This document shows positions 19,578 through 29,490 of a DNA stretch of 64,000 bases, one piece after another. The notes beneath the pieces were generated by a model. The model saw only the letters and a program-made list of their open reading frames with translations, was not told the DNA's origin and ran no database searches. Within the stretch, counting starts at the first letter, position 1. Each line of letters starts with the position of its first letter. This stretch comes from an uncultured Spirochaetales bacterium (GTDB lineage Bacteria > Spirochaetota > Spirochaetia > SPDA01 > CAZSGZ01). The position numbers were made by a program, and so were the translations under genes. The stretch is taken from contig CAYWIK010000004.1 in NCBI GenBank assembly GCA_964458315.1, forward strand, positions 6,019 to 70,018. The letters are read 5' to 3'.

Positions 19578-20378
19578 ATGAAAAAAAGCTTTTTTTTTGT
19601 ATTCCCGGCGTTTCTTCTGCTATTGACGGCGGCAGGATGCCGGGAGGAGACAGCCGGTGCGGAAGAAATTGACGTGTCTATCGAACCGGACATAGAAAAA
19701 GCTGCAGCAGACCTTCCGGAAGAGGTCCGAGAACTGATCGGGAAGAACCGGGATTATTTTTTCACTCTCCTGTCTGCCTTTCTCAAAGGTCCCGAAGATT
19801 ACTACGTTCTTGTGGACAAGTCCCATCCTCTCCCTGCCTCCTCCTACCCCGAGGACCTGGTCCCGCTCGATGAGTTTCCCTTTGTTTTGAACAAGGAAGG
19901 CCTTACCCTCCGAAGGACGGTCATTCCCGACCTTCTGGCAATGGTCAAGGATGCAAGAGCGGAAGGGATCGAACTGCCGATTTCCTCGACTTTCCGGTCT
20001 TACGAGTATCAGGAAGGGGTGTTCCGCTATAATGTTGAACAGCTTGGAGAGGAACAGGCAAAGCGGGAATCAGCAGAGCCGGGGAAATCCCAGCACCAAT
20101 TAGGGACCACCGTCGACTTCGGCAGCATTACCGCCGCCTTTGCCGAAACCGCAGCGGGGAGATGGTTAAAACAGCATGCCTGGAAGTACGGATTTTCTCT
20201 CTCCTATCCGGAAAACTTTGAGCATCGTACCGGGTATATGCACGAATCTTGGCATTACCGCTACATCGGCCGGACGGGCACACGCCTCGAAGCTGAATTC
20301 TTTTTAGGTATCCAGCAGTATATGCTCGAGTTTATTCACAGGATAAAAGAAAATGGAGCTCCTGTCTCCGGCAGGTAA
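19578..20378 (+). CDS. D-alanyl-D-alanine carboxypeptidase, M15B/VanY family lipoprotein
   Basis: Lipobox LLLTAAGC. VanY motifs SYEYQ, SQHQLGTTVD, ESWHYRY. Confidence 0.75.
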   Translation: MKKSFFFVFPAFLLLLTAAGCREETAGAEEIDVSIEPDIEKAAADLPEEVRELIGKNRDYFFTLLSAFLKGPEDYYVLVDKSHPLPASSYPEDLVPLDEFPFVLNKEGLTLRRTVIPDLLAMVKDARAEGIELPISSTFRSYEYQEGVFRYNVEQLGEEQAKRESAEPGKSQHQLGTTVDFGSITAAFAETAAGRWLKQHAWKYGFSLSYPENFEHRTGYMHESWHYRYIGRTGTRLEAEFFLGIQQYMLEFIHRIKENGAPVSGR

Positions 20379-21555
20379 CAAAGAAAAACTATCCTTCGCC
20401 TACCGGTACGGCGCCGATGCGGTGTACATCGGACTCGACCGTTTTTCTCTCCGGTCAAAGGCGGACAACTTTTCCGATGAAGACCCTGACGAACTGAAAA
20501 AAATAAAAGGTGATAAAAAACTCTACTGCGCTCTCAATATCTACTTTCACCCGGGAGACCTCGAAGAGCTCGAAAAGCAGATGGAAAAACTTAAGCGCTT
20601 TTCCTTCGATGCATTTATTGTAAGCGACATCGGCGCCGTTCCGCTCCTCAGGTCCAATTTCCCCGACATGCCTCTTCACCTCAGCACCCAGGCGAACTGC
20701 GTCAATCAGGAGTCTGCAAAATTGTACCGAGATTTAGGGTTTTCCCGGGTCATTCTCGGAAGGGAGCTCTCTTTACAAGAGATCGCCCGCGTAAAAGGTG
20801 GGGTTCCGACCCTCGAACTCGAAGCCTTTGTACACGGCGCCATGTGTATCTCTTATTCGGGCCGCTGTTTTTTGAGTTCCTGGATGGCGGGACGTTCGGG
20901 AAATAAAGGAGACTGTGCTCATTCCTGCAGATGGAACTATAGGGTCTTGGAAGAACAGGAACGGCCGGGGGAATTCTATCCAATTATGGAGGATGACGGG
21001 TTTACCACCATTTTAAGTTCAAAGGACCTTTGTATGATCGATCACCTGAGGGAAATGGAAGCCGCGGGGATCGACAGTATAAAAATCGAAGGCCGGATGA
21101 AATCGGTCTACTATACAGCGGTAGCAACACGGGCATACCGGAAAATGATCGATGCGGTGATTTACGGTAAAGAGGTCCCGGACCTCGAAGGATTCAGAGA
21201 CGAGCTCTTTAACGTCAGTCATCGTGAGTTTTCTACCGGATTCTTTTTTGGGCATGGAGAGATCGATATGCCGGCTGCAGCCTCGTATATTCGAAACCAT
21301 CTGCTTCTCGGAACGGTAAAAGAGCGAAAAGGGGAAAACCGATATGAAATCGACGTTAAAAACAGTATTTATTCAGGAGACGCAATAGAATATCTCGGCC
21401 CTGACGTGGTTTGTCTGACGGACGACCGTTTCTCCCTCTATAGCGCGGCGGGAGAAAAAATTGAAACGGCCCATCACGAAAAACCTGTCTTGTTAGAGAC
21501 AACCTGTCCCATCGAACCTGGATATATCATTCGAAAGCCTCTGGGAAAAAGCTGA
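20353..21555 (+). CDS. Peptidase U32 family protein (collagenase-like)
   Basis: MELLSPAGN..L..A...GADAVYIG N-terminus and the conserved Cys-rich region typical of U32. Confidence 0.75.
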   Translation: MELLSPAGNKEKLSFAYRYGADAVYIGLDRFSLRSKADNFSDEDPDELKKIKGDKKLYCALNIYFHPGDLEELEKQMEKLKRFSFDAFIVSDIGAVPLLRSNFPDMPLHLSTQANCVNQESAKLYRDLGFSRVILGRELSLQEIARVKGGVPTLELEAFVHGAMCISYSGRCFLSSWMAGRSGNKGDCAHSCRWNYRVLEEQERPGEFYPIMEDDGFTTILSSKDLCMIDHLREMEAAGIDSIKIEGRMKSVYYTAVATRAYRKMIDAVIYGKEVPDLEGFRDELFNVSHREFSTGFFFGHGEIDMPAAASYIRNHLLLGTVKERKGENRYEIDVKNSIYSGDAIEYLGPDVVCLTDDRFSLYSAAGEKIETAHHEKPVLLETTCPIEPGYIIRKPLGKS

Positions 21556-22349
21556 TGGGGAAAACCCTTAAAAAACAGATGACGCAAAAAGTCGGAAAGG
21601 CATGCCGGTCCTTTGCGGGCCTGGTAAAAAGCAGATTTATATACGATTTCAGGCCGTTCAAACAGAAACGGATGCGGCGGTTCTATGCTGATTATCTTTC
21701 GGAAGGGGACTTAGGGTTTGATATCGGCGCGCTGACCGGCAGCAGGACCCGCGCGTGGCTTTCCCTCGGCGCGCGTGTCGTTGCTGTTGAACCGCAACCG
21801 CTCTTCTATCGTTTTCTCAAACGGAAGTTCGGGCGCCGCTGTACGGTACTGCGGTTTGCCGCGGGCGGAACGGCAAAGCAGGCGGTGATGAAACTCTCAT
21901 CAACAAATCCGAGCGTGAGTTCATTCTCAAAAGAATGGGCGGATCTCATGAGCAGCATCGACCCGTCTATCCGGTGGGACGGCGAAACAGTGGTGGAAAT
22001 GGTGACCATAGACAGGCTTATTGCTTCTTACGGCATGCCGTCGTTTTGTAAAATCGACGTAGAAGGATTTGAAAAAGAAGTTCTCCGGGGACTGAGCATA
22101 GCCGTTCCCGCCCTTTCCTTCGAGTTTTTCCCGGCCGCGCCGAAAAAAACGACGGAATGTATCGAACTCTTAGAAGAGTTAGGCGACTATCGGTTCAATT
22201 TATCTTTAGTCGAGACCTTTACCTATCAGTCAAAAAAATGGCTTACCGCGGAAGAAATAAAAAAAGAAATTACCCGAACCGGAGGAAACCGTTCCGGAGA
22301 TATCTACGCCGTTCTTTCATCAGCAGCTGCATCAGCCCCCTTCCTCTGA
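21555..22349 (+). CDS. FkbM family methyltransferase
   Basis: FDIGALTGSRT ... CKIDVEGFE pattern diagnostic of the FkbM family. Confidence 0.7.
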   Translation: MGKTLKKQMTQKVGKACRSFAGLVKSRFIYDFRPFKQKRMRRFYADYLSEGDLGFDIGALTGSRTRAWLSLGARVVAVEPQPLFYRFLKRKFGRRCTVLRFAAGGTAKQAVMKLSSTNPSVSSFSKEWADLMSSIDPSIRWDGETVVEMVTIDRLIASYGMPSFCKIDVEGFEKEVLRGLSIAVPALSFEFFPAAPKKTTECIELLEELGDYRFNLSLVETFTYQSKKWLTAEEIKKEITRTGGNRSGDIYAVLSSAAASAPFL

Positions 22350-22637
22350 TAGAAACAATTTTATCCCCTCCCGGGGGAACGCGTCTTTTACGTGACAGAC
22401 CGCCTTTTCGATACGCTCCGCGGTTTCTTTGCCGCAAAAAACGAGTACCATACAGTTCAGCTCGGGCCAGATATCGTCCCCTTTTCTAGTCCCCTGCCGC
22501 CCCTTTCCCTGAAGTTCGGGAAAAATTGTATAGTAAATACCCGGAACAGCAGCCTCGAGCACATCAATTAAATCTTCCTGCACCGATTTATTCGCGATGA
22601 TCTCGACTCTAACCATGGCCTCCCTCTTCACATTCAA
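22332..22637 (-). CDS. P-II (GlnB-like fold) family protein trailing the RND efflux operon
   Basis: ~100 aa with an alternating beta-alpha-beta pattern resembling the P-II/DUF3240-type small proteins found after RND pumps. Overlaps the RND gene stop by 29 nt, so it is co-transcribed. Confidence 0.45.
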   Translation of the reverse strand: MNVKREAMVRVEIIANKSVQEDLIDVLEAAVPGIYYTIFPELQGKGRQGTRKGDDIWPELNCMVLVFCGKETAERIEKAVCHVKDAFPREGIKLFLSEEGG

Positions 22638-25600
22638 TCTCAGCCGCCAGTTCTTCCCGGACCGCTTCCTCTTTTCTACGCTTTCGCTGATCGTGCCGCC
22701 GATTTAAAATCGAATAGAGGACCGGGGTTACAAAAGGGGTCAGAATGGAACTTACGGCAAGCCCGCCGACAAGGGTCTTCCCGATGGGCTGGATGGTCTC
22801 CGCGCCGGCGCCGGGAAAAAACGCCAGAGGCACCATTCCCAAAATCGTAGTCAGGCTGGTCATCAAAATGGGCCGCAGCCGGTTTTTTCCCGCCTCGAGA
22901 CACGCCTCGCGGATACTGTAACCGCGGGCGCGCAGAAGATTGGTATAATCCACCAGCACAATTCCGTTGTTTACCACAATCCCGATAAGCGCCACAACTC
23001 CGACCGCGGAAAAGAGTGAAAAGGGTTCGCCCGAAAGCTTGTAAATCCCTACGACCCCGAGCGCTAAAAGCGGAATTGAAAAGAAAATGATAAAGGGGTC
23101 TACAAAAGATTCGAATTGGCTTGCCATTACCCCAAATACGAGAAAAACGGCGGCAAGAATAATCCAGATGAATGTGGTGCCGAACTCCTCGATTTCCTGT
23201 GCTTCACCGCCGTATCTGATTTGTACCCCCTCTTTAGGGGTAAGGTTTTCCGATATAACGTTTTCCAATGATTCCTGAAATTCCGTTATGGCAATGCCCT
23301 GCGCCAAATCCCCGGTGACATGGATGACCCGCTCCAGCTGTTCCCGGTTTATCTCCGTGGGCGCCTTCCCTTCTCTGACCCGGACAAGATCGTATAACGG
23401 TACCCTGATACCGGAGCGGTTGACTAAAAATATCGCGCTCAAGTCTTCGAGGGAATCCCGGTCTTTTTCCGCGAGGGCCACCACAACATTGATCAAATCT
23501 CCCTCATGGTCGTAAACCGCTGCAATTTCACCGTACATCGCTCGCCTGATTTCGGCGGCGATTTCATAAAGAGATATCCCGAAGACCTGGGCCCGATTCC
23601 TATCGATATCGACCTGGAGTTCCGGTCCCCCCTCCTCCATACTAATGGACGGATTCTCCACCTGCGGAAGCCGCCGTAAAAGAATTGAACGGATCTCTTC
23701 CGCGGTCTCGAGTCCTGTATCAATATTTTTTGTTAATATCTTAATATCCACTGCTGAAGCGGACCCCATATGTCGTCCGGCGGAAAATGAAAAATCCGCT
23801 CCGGGATAGCCGCTCATGCGGGGGCCCAGTTTCTTCATAATCGATACCGGTGTGTCGATCTGGTTTTTCGGTTCAGGCAGGCTAATATCCAGCCGTGCGG
23901 TATTGTCCGCGCGGCTGCCTCCGAAAAACGACGACCCTGCCACGGTGACAACGATGTTTCTGTACCCTTCGATTTCCCGCTCAGCAATTTTTTTCATGTC
24001 CAAAATGACTTCTTCAGTCCGTTCCTTCGGCGTTCCAAGCGGCATGGTCAAATTGATTCGGACTTCGTCATCCGTTCTCGAACGGACAAACAAATTCATT
24101 CCGAGAGTGGAGAACTGAAGAAAGGCAAAAAGAAGGACCGAAATAATCAGGACGATGAATAAAATCCGGTTGTCGAGCAGATTGTCAAGGACCTTCTTAT
24201 AGCCCCGCTCCATCCCCGCGAAAAACCGTTCGAACAGCTTATCCAATCCTCGCAGAACGGGAATTCGCATCGGTTTTTGGGTCCTGGTGGACAGTTTCAT
24301 AATAGGGCCGGCCAGCGCGGGCACCAGGGTAACGGCGACAAGGAGGGAACTAATCAGAGAAATAACAACGGTAAACACTAAATCCCTGAATATCTGCCCC
24401 ATCATCCCAAGCTCGTTTTGAAAAATAACAACGGGAATAAACACACAGAGGGTGGTTACGGTAGAGGCGGTGATCGCCCGAATCATCTCCTGGCTGCCGA
24501 GTACCGCGGCAACCGACGGTTTCGCCCCCCGCTCGCGGTATTGAAAAATGTTCTCCAAGATGACGATAGAGCTGTCCACCGTCATCCCGAGACCGAGAAT
24601 AAGCCCGGTAAGAGTGAGGAGGTTTAAGGTTAAATTGAAAATCGACATACACATAAGGGTGATGAGTATAGAAATTGGAATTGCAAGTCCGATGATAAAA
24701 GTACCCCTTAAGTTTCGAAGAAACAGGAAGAGGACCGCCATTGCGAGAAGGATCCCCTGATAGGCCGATGTATACACCTGATTAAGGGTCGCGTTTATCA
24801 TGGCGGTGTTGTCCCGGAGGACTTCTACACTCAATCCCGGCGGCAGTCCGGCATTGATATCTCCTAAGGAATCGCGGATACGGCCCGCCACCTTGACCGA
24901 ATTGCTGTCGCTTTCATTTTGTATCCGTATATAAATACCCGGCTTTCCGTTTACATAAACCCGGGACCTGGATTCATCATATGCGAGGCTTACATCAGCC
25001 ACGTCCTCGAGACGGACAAACCGTGACCGGTCCGCGCCCCCGGGGCCTGTTGAATCGGTCCGGACCATACTCACCACAATCCGCCTCACTTCTTCGAGTG
25101 AATCGAGTTCCTCTTGAGTCCGTATTTGATATTCCCTGTTTCCTCTTATAAGGGAACCGCCGCTTACCAAAACATTCTGCCCGCGCAGAGTTTGCACCAG
25201 ACCGCCTATGGTCAGCCCGAAAGCGGCAAGCCGGTTTTGCGAAACCGCCACTTTGACAATTCTATCGCTTCCTCCCCGCACTTCGGTGGATGCCACTCCT
25301 TCAATCCGCTCTAATTTCGGCTGAATTTCGTCCTCCGCGATTTGCTTCAATTTCTCTAAGGGCTGGTCCCCGCTTATGGCGAGATTCATGATGGGGATCA
25401 TGGACAGGTCGAATTTCCGGGAAACCGGAGTTTCGGCATCATCAGGCAGAGCGCCTGAAAGCCGGGCAAGCAGGGAATCGATTTCTGCTTTTGCTTCATC
25501 GAGGTCGGTTCTGTAGGAGAACTCCAGAAAAATTCTGGAAGAACCCTGGGCGGATGTTGATGATATCTCTTCGAGACCTTCGACGGTGGCAAGCGCTTTT

Positions 25601-25803
25601 TCGAGGACATCGGTGACGTTTTTTTCTACGTCTTCGGGTCCCGCACCGGGATAGTTTGCAAATACAGACAGGACGGGAGGCGATACTTCCGGGTAGAGGT
25701 CAACCGCCAACCGCGGGACGAGAATCGCGGCAACTCCCATGAGGAGGAGATAGAAAATAACAATGGTTACGGGCCTATGTACTGAAAAGCCGGTTACTTT
25801 CAC
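22609..25803 (-). CDS. RND superfamily efflux transporter permease (AcrB/CzcA-like)
   Basis: 1064 aa with 12 TM helices and two large periplasmic loops. The conserved TM4 region is GLGMTVDSSIVILENI. Confidence 0.9.
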   Translation of the reverse strand: MKVTGFSVHRPVTIVIFYLLLMGVAAILVPRLAVDLYPEVSPPVLSVFANYPGAGPEDVEKNVTDVLEKALATVEGLEEISSTSAQGSSRIFLEFSYRTDLDEAKAEIDSLLARLSGALPDDAETPVSRKFDLSMIPIMNLAISGDQPLEKLKQIAEDEIQPKLERIEGVASTEVRGGSDRIVKVAVSQNRLAAFGLTIGGLVQTLRGQNVLVSGGSLIRGNREYQIRTQEELDSLEEVRRIVVSMVRTDSTGPGGADRSRFVRLEDVADVSLAYDESRSRVYVNGKPGIYIRIQNESDSNSVKVAGRIRDSLGDINAGLPPGLSVEVLRDNTAMINATLNQVYTSAYQGILLAMAVLFLFLRNLRGTFIIGLAIPISILITLMCMSIFNLTLNLLTLTGLILGLGMTVDSSIVILENIFQYRERGAKPSVAAVLGSQEMIRAITASTVTTLCVFIPVVIFQNELGMMGQIFRDLVFTVVISLISSLLVAVTLVPALAGPIMKLSTRTQKPMRIPVLRGLDKLFERFFAGMERGYKKVLDNLLDNRILFIVLIISVLLFAFLQFSTLGMNLFVRSRTDDEVRINLTMPLGTPKERTEEVILDMKKIAEREIEGYRNIVVTVAGSSFFGGSRADNTARLDISLPEPKNQIDTPVSIMKKLGPRMSGYPGADFSFSAGRHMGSASAVDIKILTKNIDTGLETAEEIRSILLRRLPQVENPSISMEEGGPELQVDIDRNRAQVFGISLYEIAAEIRRAMYGEIAAVYDHEGDLINVVVALAEKDRDSLEDLSAIFLVNRSGIRVPLYDLVRVREGKAPTEINREQLERVIHVTGDLAQGIAITEFQESLENVISENLTPKEGVQIRYGGEAQEIEEFGTTFIWIILAAVFLVFGVMASQFESFVDPFIIFFSIPLLALGVVGIYKLSGEPFSLFSAVGVVALIGIVVNNGIVLVDYTNLLRARGYSIREACLEAGKNRLRPILMTSLTTILGMVPLAFFPGAGAETIQPIGKTLVGGLAVSSILTPFVTPVLYSILNRRHDQRKRRKEEAVREELAAEIECEEGGHG

Positions 25804-25811
25804 ATCCGCCC

Positions 25812-26765
25812 CTATTCGATGACCCGCACATGATCTTTATCGCTCAAGAAATTTTGCCCCTCGGTAACGATACGTTCTCCTTCTTCGAGACCGGTAAGAA
25901 TTTCATAATTATTTTCACCTTCAAGGCCCAAGGTTACGGAACGCCGGTGTGCGGTCCCTTCCGAATCTACTACATATACCACCGCTTCGCCGTAGTACCG
26001 TACGACCGCGTCCCGCGGAACGGTCAGCACGGCGGTCCTGCTTGCCATGGTAAGTTCAATGGACGCAAACATTCCCGCCCGGATCCGCGGGTCTCGGCGG
26101 TTTAACGCCAATGTAATCCCTAAAGACCTGCTTGTCTGGTCTAAAATCGGATCAATTTCCGTAACCCGCGCGGAAAACTGTTCACCGGGAAATGCTTCAA
26201 ACAGCACTTCCGCCGGCTGACCGTTCCGCAGGCTTGCGACAAACCGTTCCGGAATAAACGTTTCGATCTGCAGGTCCCGCAGATCACCGATGACTGCCAG
26301 CGCCGTTTGGGGCGTAATCATGTCCCCTACATTCACCGGCACCGAAATAATGGTGCCGGTTATCGAAGCCTTTACCGGACTCGCGGTGTAGGATTCTCCC
26401 GGTCTGGAAGGATCGACATATGCCAGGACCTGTTCTTTTTCAACAAAATCACCGGCTTCGGCTTCCATCGAAACCAGTTTTCCCGATACTGCGGCATATA
26501 CATTCACCCTTCGCTTAGCAACGACGCCGCCGTTCACCTTGATATACCTGCGGATATTCCCCGGTTCCGCCTCGGCAACCCGGACCGGCAACGCCTCGTC
26601 CCGGGCCATCCCGGCTCCCGGTCCGCCGGGCGGGGGGCTTTCACTCGGCAGGCCGTCTGCCTGTAACCATCCCGGCCCGAGGGTGGTTACGATTCCATAT
26701 CCCGCGCCGCCGATGCAAAGAACCAGAATCAGTGCAACCACTATCCTTTTATTTTTCCTTTTCAT
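25812..26765 (-). CDS. RND efflux periplasmic adaptor (membrane fusion protein, HlyD family)
   Basis: N-terminal TM anchor, biotinyl/lipoyl-like hairpin and beta-barrel domains. Immediately upstream of the RND permease. Confidence 0.85.
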   Translation of the reverse strand: MKRKNKRIVVALILVLCIGGAGYGIVTTLGPGWLQADGLPSESPPPGGPGAGMARDEALPVRVAEAEPGNIRRYIKVNGGVVAKRRVNVYAAVSGKLVSMEAEAGDFVEKEQVLAYVDPSRPGESYTASPVKASITGTIISVPVNVGDMITPQTALAVIGDLRDLQIETFIPERFVASLRNGQPAEVLFEAFPGEQFSARVTEIDPILDQTSRSLGITLALNRRDPRIRAGMFASIELTMASRTAVLTVPRDAVVRYYGEAVVYVVDSEGTAHRRSVTLGLEGENNYEILTGLEEGERIVTEGQNFLSDKDHVRVIE

Positions 26766-28107
26766 GCTTGTAAGCTCCTTCAGCAGCGCCGGATACTTCC
26801 GGCAAGTTTAAGGCAGCAAGAAGATCGAGCTGGATAAGTTTATATTGATACCTTCCCGCCAGCAGCTGCTGTTTTGCATTTAACAGGTCCTGCCTTGCCT
26901 GTTCCAGCTCGAGCCGCTCGACCGTACCGAAATTGAAACCCTCTTCCGCTAATTCATAATATCGGCTGGAGATGTCGATTTGCATCTCCGAAAGGCGTAA
27001 GCTCTCTTCCGCCGACTTCAAACCGGCAGCAAGATTTTTTATCGAAAGTTTGGCGCTCCTCAGGGTGTTCTCGAGCTGTATGCGGTTCTTTTTCAGGTCG
27101 TCCTCCAGCGCCTCGATATCTTGATCGTCCTTCGATCCGGGGATGAGACTGTCGATAGGGACAGAAATGGTGAGGCCGAAGTTCAGCGAATCCTGAAAGG
27201 GGTTTTGAATCGCGCCGGTCCACTTGCCGGATAAATTCAGCGAAGGTGTTTTTGTATACCTTTTCGACTGAACGACGGCATTCTCGGTCAGGTCTATTTT
27301 ATTTTGAAGCGCCAGGATATCTTTCCGCTGTAACAGCCGTTTTTCGATGAGCTCCTCGGCATCGAAATCTATAATGCGGAAATCGATATCTCCTTCAAGT
27401 TTGACCTCCTCTCCGGACTCAAATCCTAACAGAAGAAAGAAATCCCGCTTCTGTTTTTCATACTCAACCAGTTTCTGATTGTAATGTACCCGGGTGTTTT
27501 CGAGACCTAAACGGCTTTGAAGGAGTACGCGTTCACTGATAAGCCCGTTTTCATAGTTTGTTTCCGCTTTTGCGAGCTGCTCCTCCGCGAGCCGAACATT
27601 TTCTTTAAGAAGCCCGAGATTCTCCCGCTGGGTCAAAAGAGAATAGAAAGCTTTCTTGACCTGGAGAATAATATTGTCCTTCACCATCTCGTTATTCAAC
27701 CGTGACGAATCGAGAACAAGATCGGTGCGCTTCATTGCCTGTGCCACTCCCGCGTTTAACGGAAGGGAGAGAGAAAAACCGACGGAAAAATCGAATGGAG
27801 AAGCCTGGTCGTTGGGGGGAGACGATCCGAAAAGCATATCCGAATAGGAGACCCCGCCGGTCAAGCTTATTTTTGGAAGAAAATTCGCCCACTTGCGGCG
27901 GGTAGCGCGCAAAGTGGCTTCGAGGTTGATCTGCTCCTGTTCGAGTTCAGGATTCTTTTCAAGGGCCAGTTCTATGCATTCGTCGAGGCCGAATGTTTCC
28001 GTATAGCCCGGCACGCCTAAAGAGAGGAAAATGAGAATAAAGAGCGCGGCCCCGTATTTCACTCCGCGGTCCACGCGAATGAAGCCCAGGCGGAATCCGA
28101 CTCCCAC
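26749..28107 (-). CDS. Outer membrane efflux protein (TolC-like OMF)
   Basis: Signal peptide and two tandem coiled-coil/beta repeats typical of the OEP family. The start is probably internal (GTG/Met near 28060), because the longest ORF overlaps the upstream gene. Confidence 0.8.
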   Translation of the reverse strand: MGVGFRLGFIRVDRGVKYGAALFILIFLSLGVPGYTETFGLDECIELALEKNPELEQEQINLEATLRATRRKWANFLPKISLTGGVSYSDMLFGSSPPNDQASPFDFSVGFSLSLPLNAGVAQAMKRTDLVLDSSRLNNEMVKDNIILQVKKAFYSLLTQRENLGLLKENVRLAEEQLAKAETNYENGLISERVLLQSRLGLENTRVHYNQKLVEYEKQKRDFFLLLGFESGEEVKLEGDIDFRIIDFDAEELIEKRLLQRKDILALQNKIDLTENAVVQSKRYTKTPSLNLSGKWTGAIQNPFQDSLNFGLTISVPIDSLIPGSKDDQDIEALEDDLKKNRIQLENTLRSAKLSIKNLAAGLKSAEESLRLSEMQIDISSRYYELAEEGFNFGTVERLELEQARQDLLNAKQQLLAGRYQYKLIQLDLLAALNLPEVSGAAEGAYKHEKEK

Positions 28108-28451
28108 ACTTTTACTTCGGCGCTGCTTATCGAGGATTCTAAAAAACCCCGGGTTTTCATATACACGAAGAGTTCCTGCAGTAAAAATTGCGAAAAATTC
28201 TCAACACTTGTTTGCTTATCTGAAAAAAAAGGAAGATCGTTGAGGAGCATACCGCCCAGCCGGTCCGCGACCGCTGCCGCGGCTTCTTCCATCAGCGCGA
28301 TGTCGACGCAAAATCCGTTCTCATCCAATTTATCCGCGCTGCAGATAAACTCGAAACGGTATTCATGTCCGTGCGGTTTACTCTCCTCATCAAAATCTCC
28401 GACTAAAAAATGTCGTGTGTGAACCGGCTGTAGAATTCCGGCCTGGTACAT
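28059..28451 (-). CDS. 6-pyruvoyl-tetrahydropterin synthase family protein (QueD/PTPS-like, lacking the catalytic Cys)
   Basis: 130 aa with the zinc-binding HGH motif (KPHGHEYRFEF) and the LND..P motif. The Cys normally found 4 residues before HGH is absent. Confidence 0.6.
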   Translation of the reverse strand: MYQAGILQPVHTRHFLVGDFDEESKPHGHEYRFEFICSADKLDENGFCVDIALMEEAAAAVADRLGGMLLNDLPFFSDKQTSVENFSQFLLQELFVYMKTRGFLESSISSAEVKVWESDSAWASFAWTAE

Positions 28452-28461
28452 AGCCTGCCTC

Positions 28462-29490
28462 CTAGGGGATTAGGATTACCTGAATTGTCGAATCAAGCTG
28501 AGAATCAATGAGCGCGTAAGCGGTTTCAGCTTCTTCAAGGGGAAACCTATGGGTAATATATTTTTTCGGTGAAATTTTTTCAACCAGTTCGAGGACCGTA
28601 CCCATTCTTCTCGCCTTTGACCAGCGGTGCATAAGAGAAGGACCCACCGATGAAACCTGCACGGAATGAATCTGAACACGATTCCTGTGAAAATTCCCGC
28701 CGAGCTCCAAGGTTACCTTTTTCCCGCCGTACCAGGACGGCTCGACCACCATGCCGCCGAAACAAACGGCATCGACACAGAGCTGCAGTCCGGCTTCCGA
28801 CGAGCTCGTATTGACTGCCCAGTCCGCTCCCCGTCCTTCCGTTGCCTCATCGATAAAGCCGCGAAGTCCACCGTCGGTCGGAGAAAAACAAACCGCGCCC
28901 AGGGCTTCGGCAGCTTTTCGCCTCTTTTCAACCGGGTCCGTCCCGATAATTATTCCGTAATGCCTTCGGACCATGATCTCGATGGTCAATAACCCGACCA
29001 CCCCTAACCCGCACACAAGAACGGCGCTTCCCGGTTCAAGGGGAAGATCGTGATTAATTGCAAGGGCCGTTTCCAGATTTGGAATAAAAACCGCGTCTTC
29101 GTTATCCATCGATTCGGAAAGATAGATAAGGTTTTCTTTATCGGCATAAAAGCGGTCTTGATGGGGGAAAAATGCAAAAACTTTTCTGCCTGTTTCATCG
29201 GCCCCGACATTTATATATCCGTACTTTACCGGATATTCCGTCTCTCCCTGCAAATCGGGTATCGTTTCGTCTAAAGCCGTGCCTTTATCGATTTCACCCC
29301 GGTAAAAAAGCATCTCGGTACCGTGACTGATTCCGATTACTTTAGACTCAACCAAAACCTGCCCCCCATGCCGGTTTTGGTCCGGATGCAGGGCTTCTTC
29401 TTTTACAAAAACCGAACGGTTTCCGGTAAAATATACCGCCCTCGCGAAATCATTTTTTGAATCCGAGGTCCCAGACAAATTCTTCTCCAT
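28462..29490 (-). CDS. Medium-chain dehydrogenase/reductase (Zn-ADH fold, Zn ligands not conserved)
   Basis: GroES-like N-domain and Rossmann fold (VLVCGLGVVGLL). The catalytic-Zn Cys is replaced (GISHGTE). Confidence 0.6.
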   Translation of the reverse strand: MEKNLSGTSDSKNDFARAVYFTGNRSVFVKEEALHPDQNRHGGQVLVESKVIGISHGTEMLFYRGEIDKGTALDETIPDLQGETEYPVKYGYINVGADETGRKVFAFFPHQDRFYADKENLIYLSESMDNEDAVFIPNLETALAINHDLPLEPGSAVLVCGLGVVGLLTIEIMVRRHYGIIIGTDPVEKRRKAAEALGAVCFSPTDGGLRGFIDEATEGRGADWAVNTSSSEAGLQLCVDAVCFGGMVVEPSWYGGKKVTLELGGNFHRNRVQIHSVQVSSVGPSLMHRWSKARRMGTVLELVEKISPKKYITHRFPLEEAETAYALIDSQLDSTIQVILIP

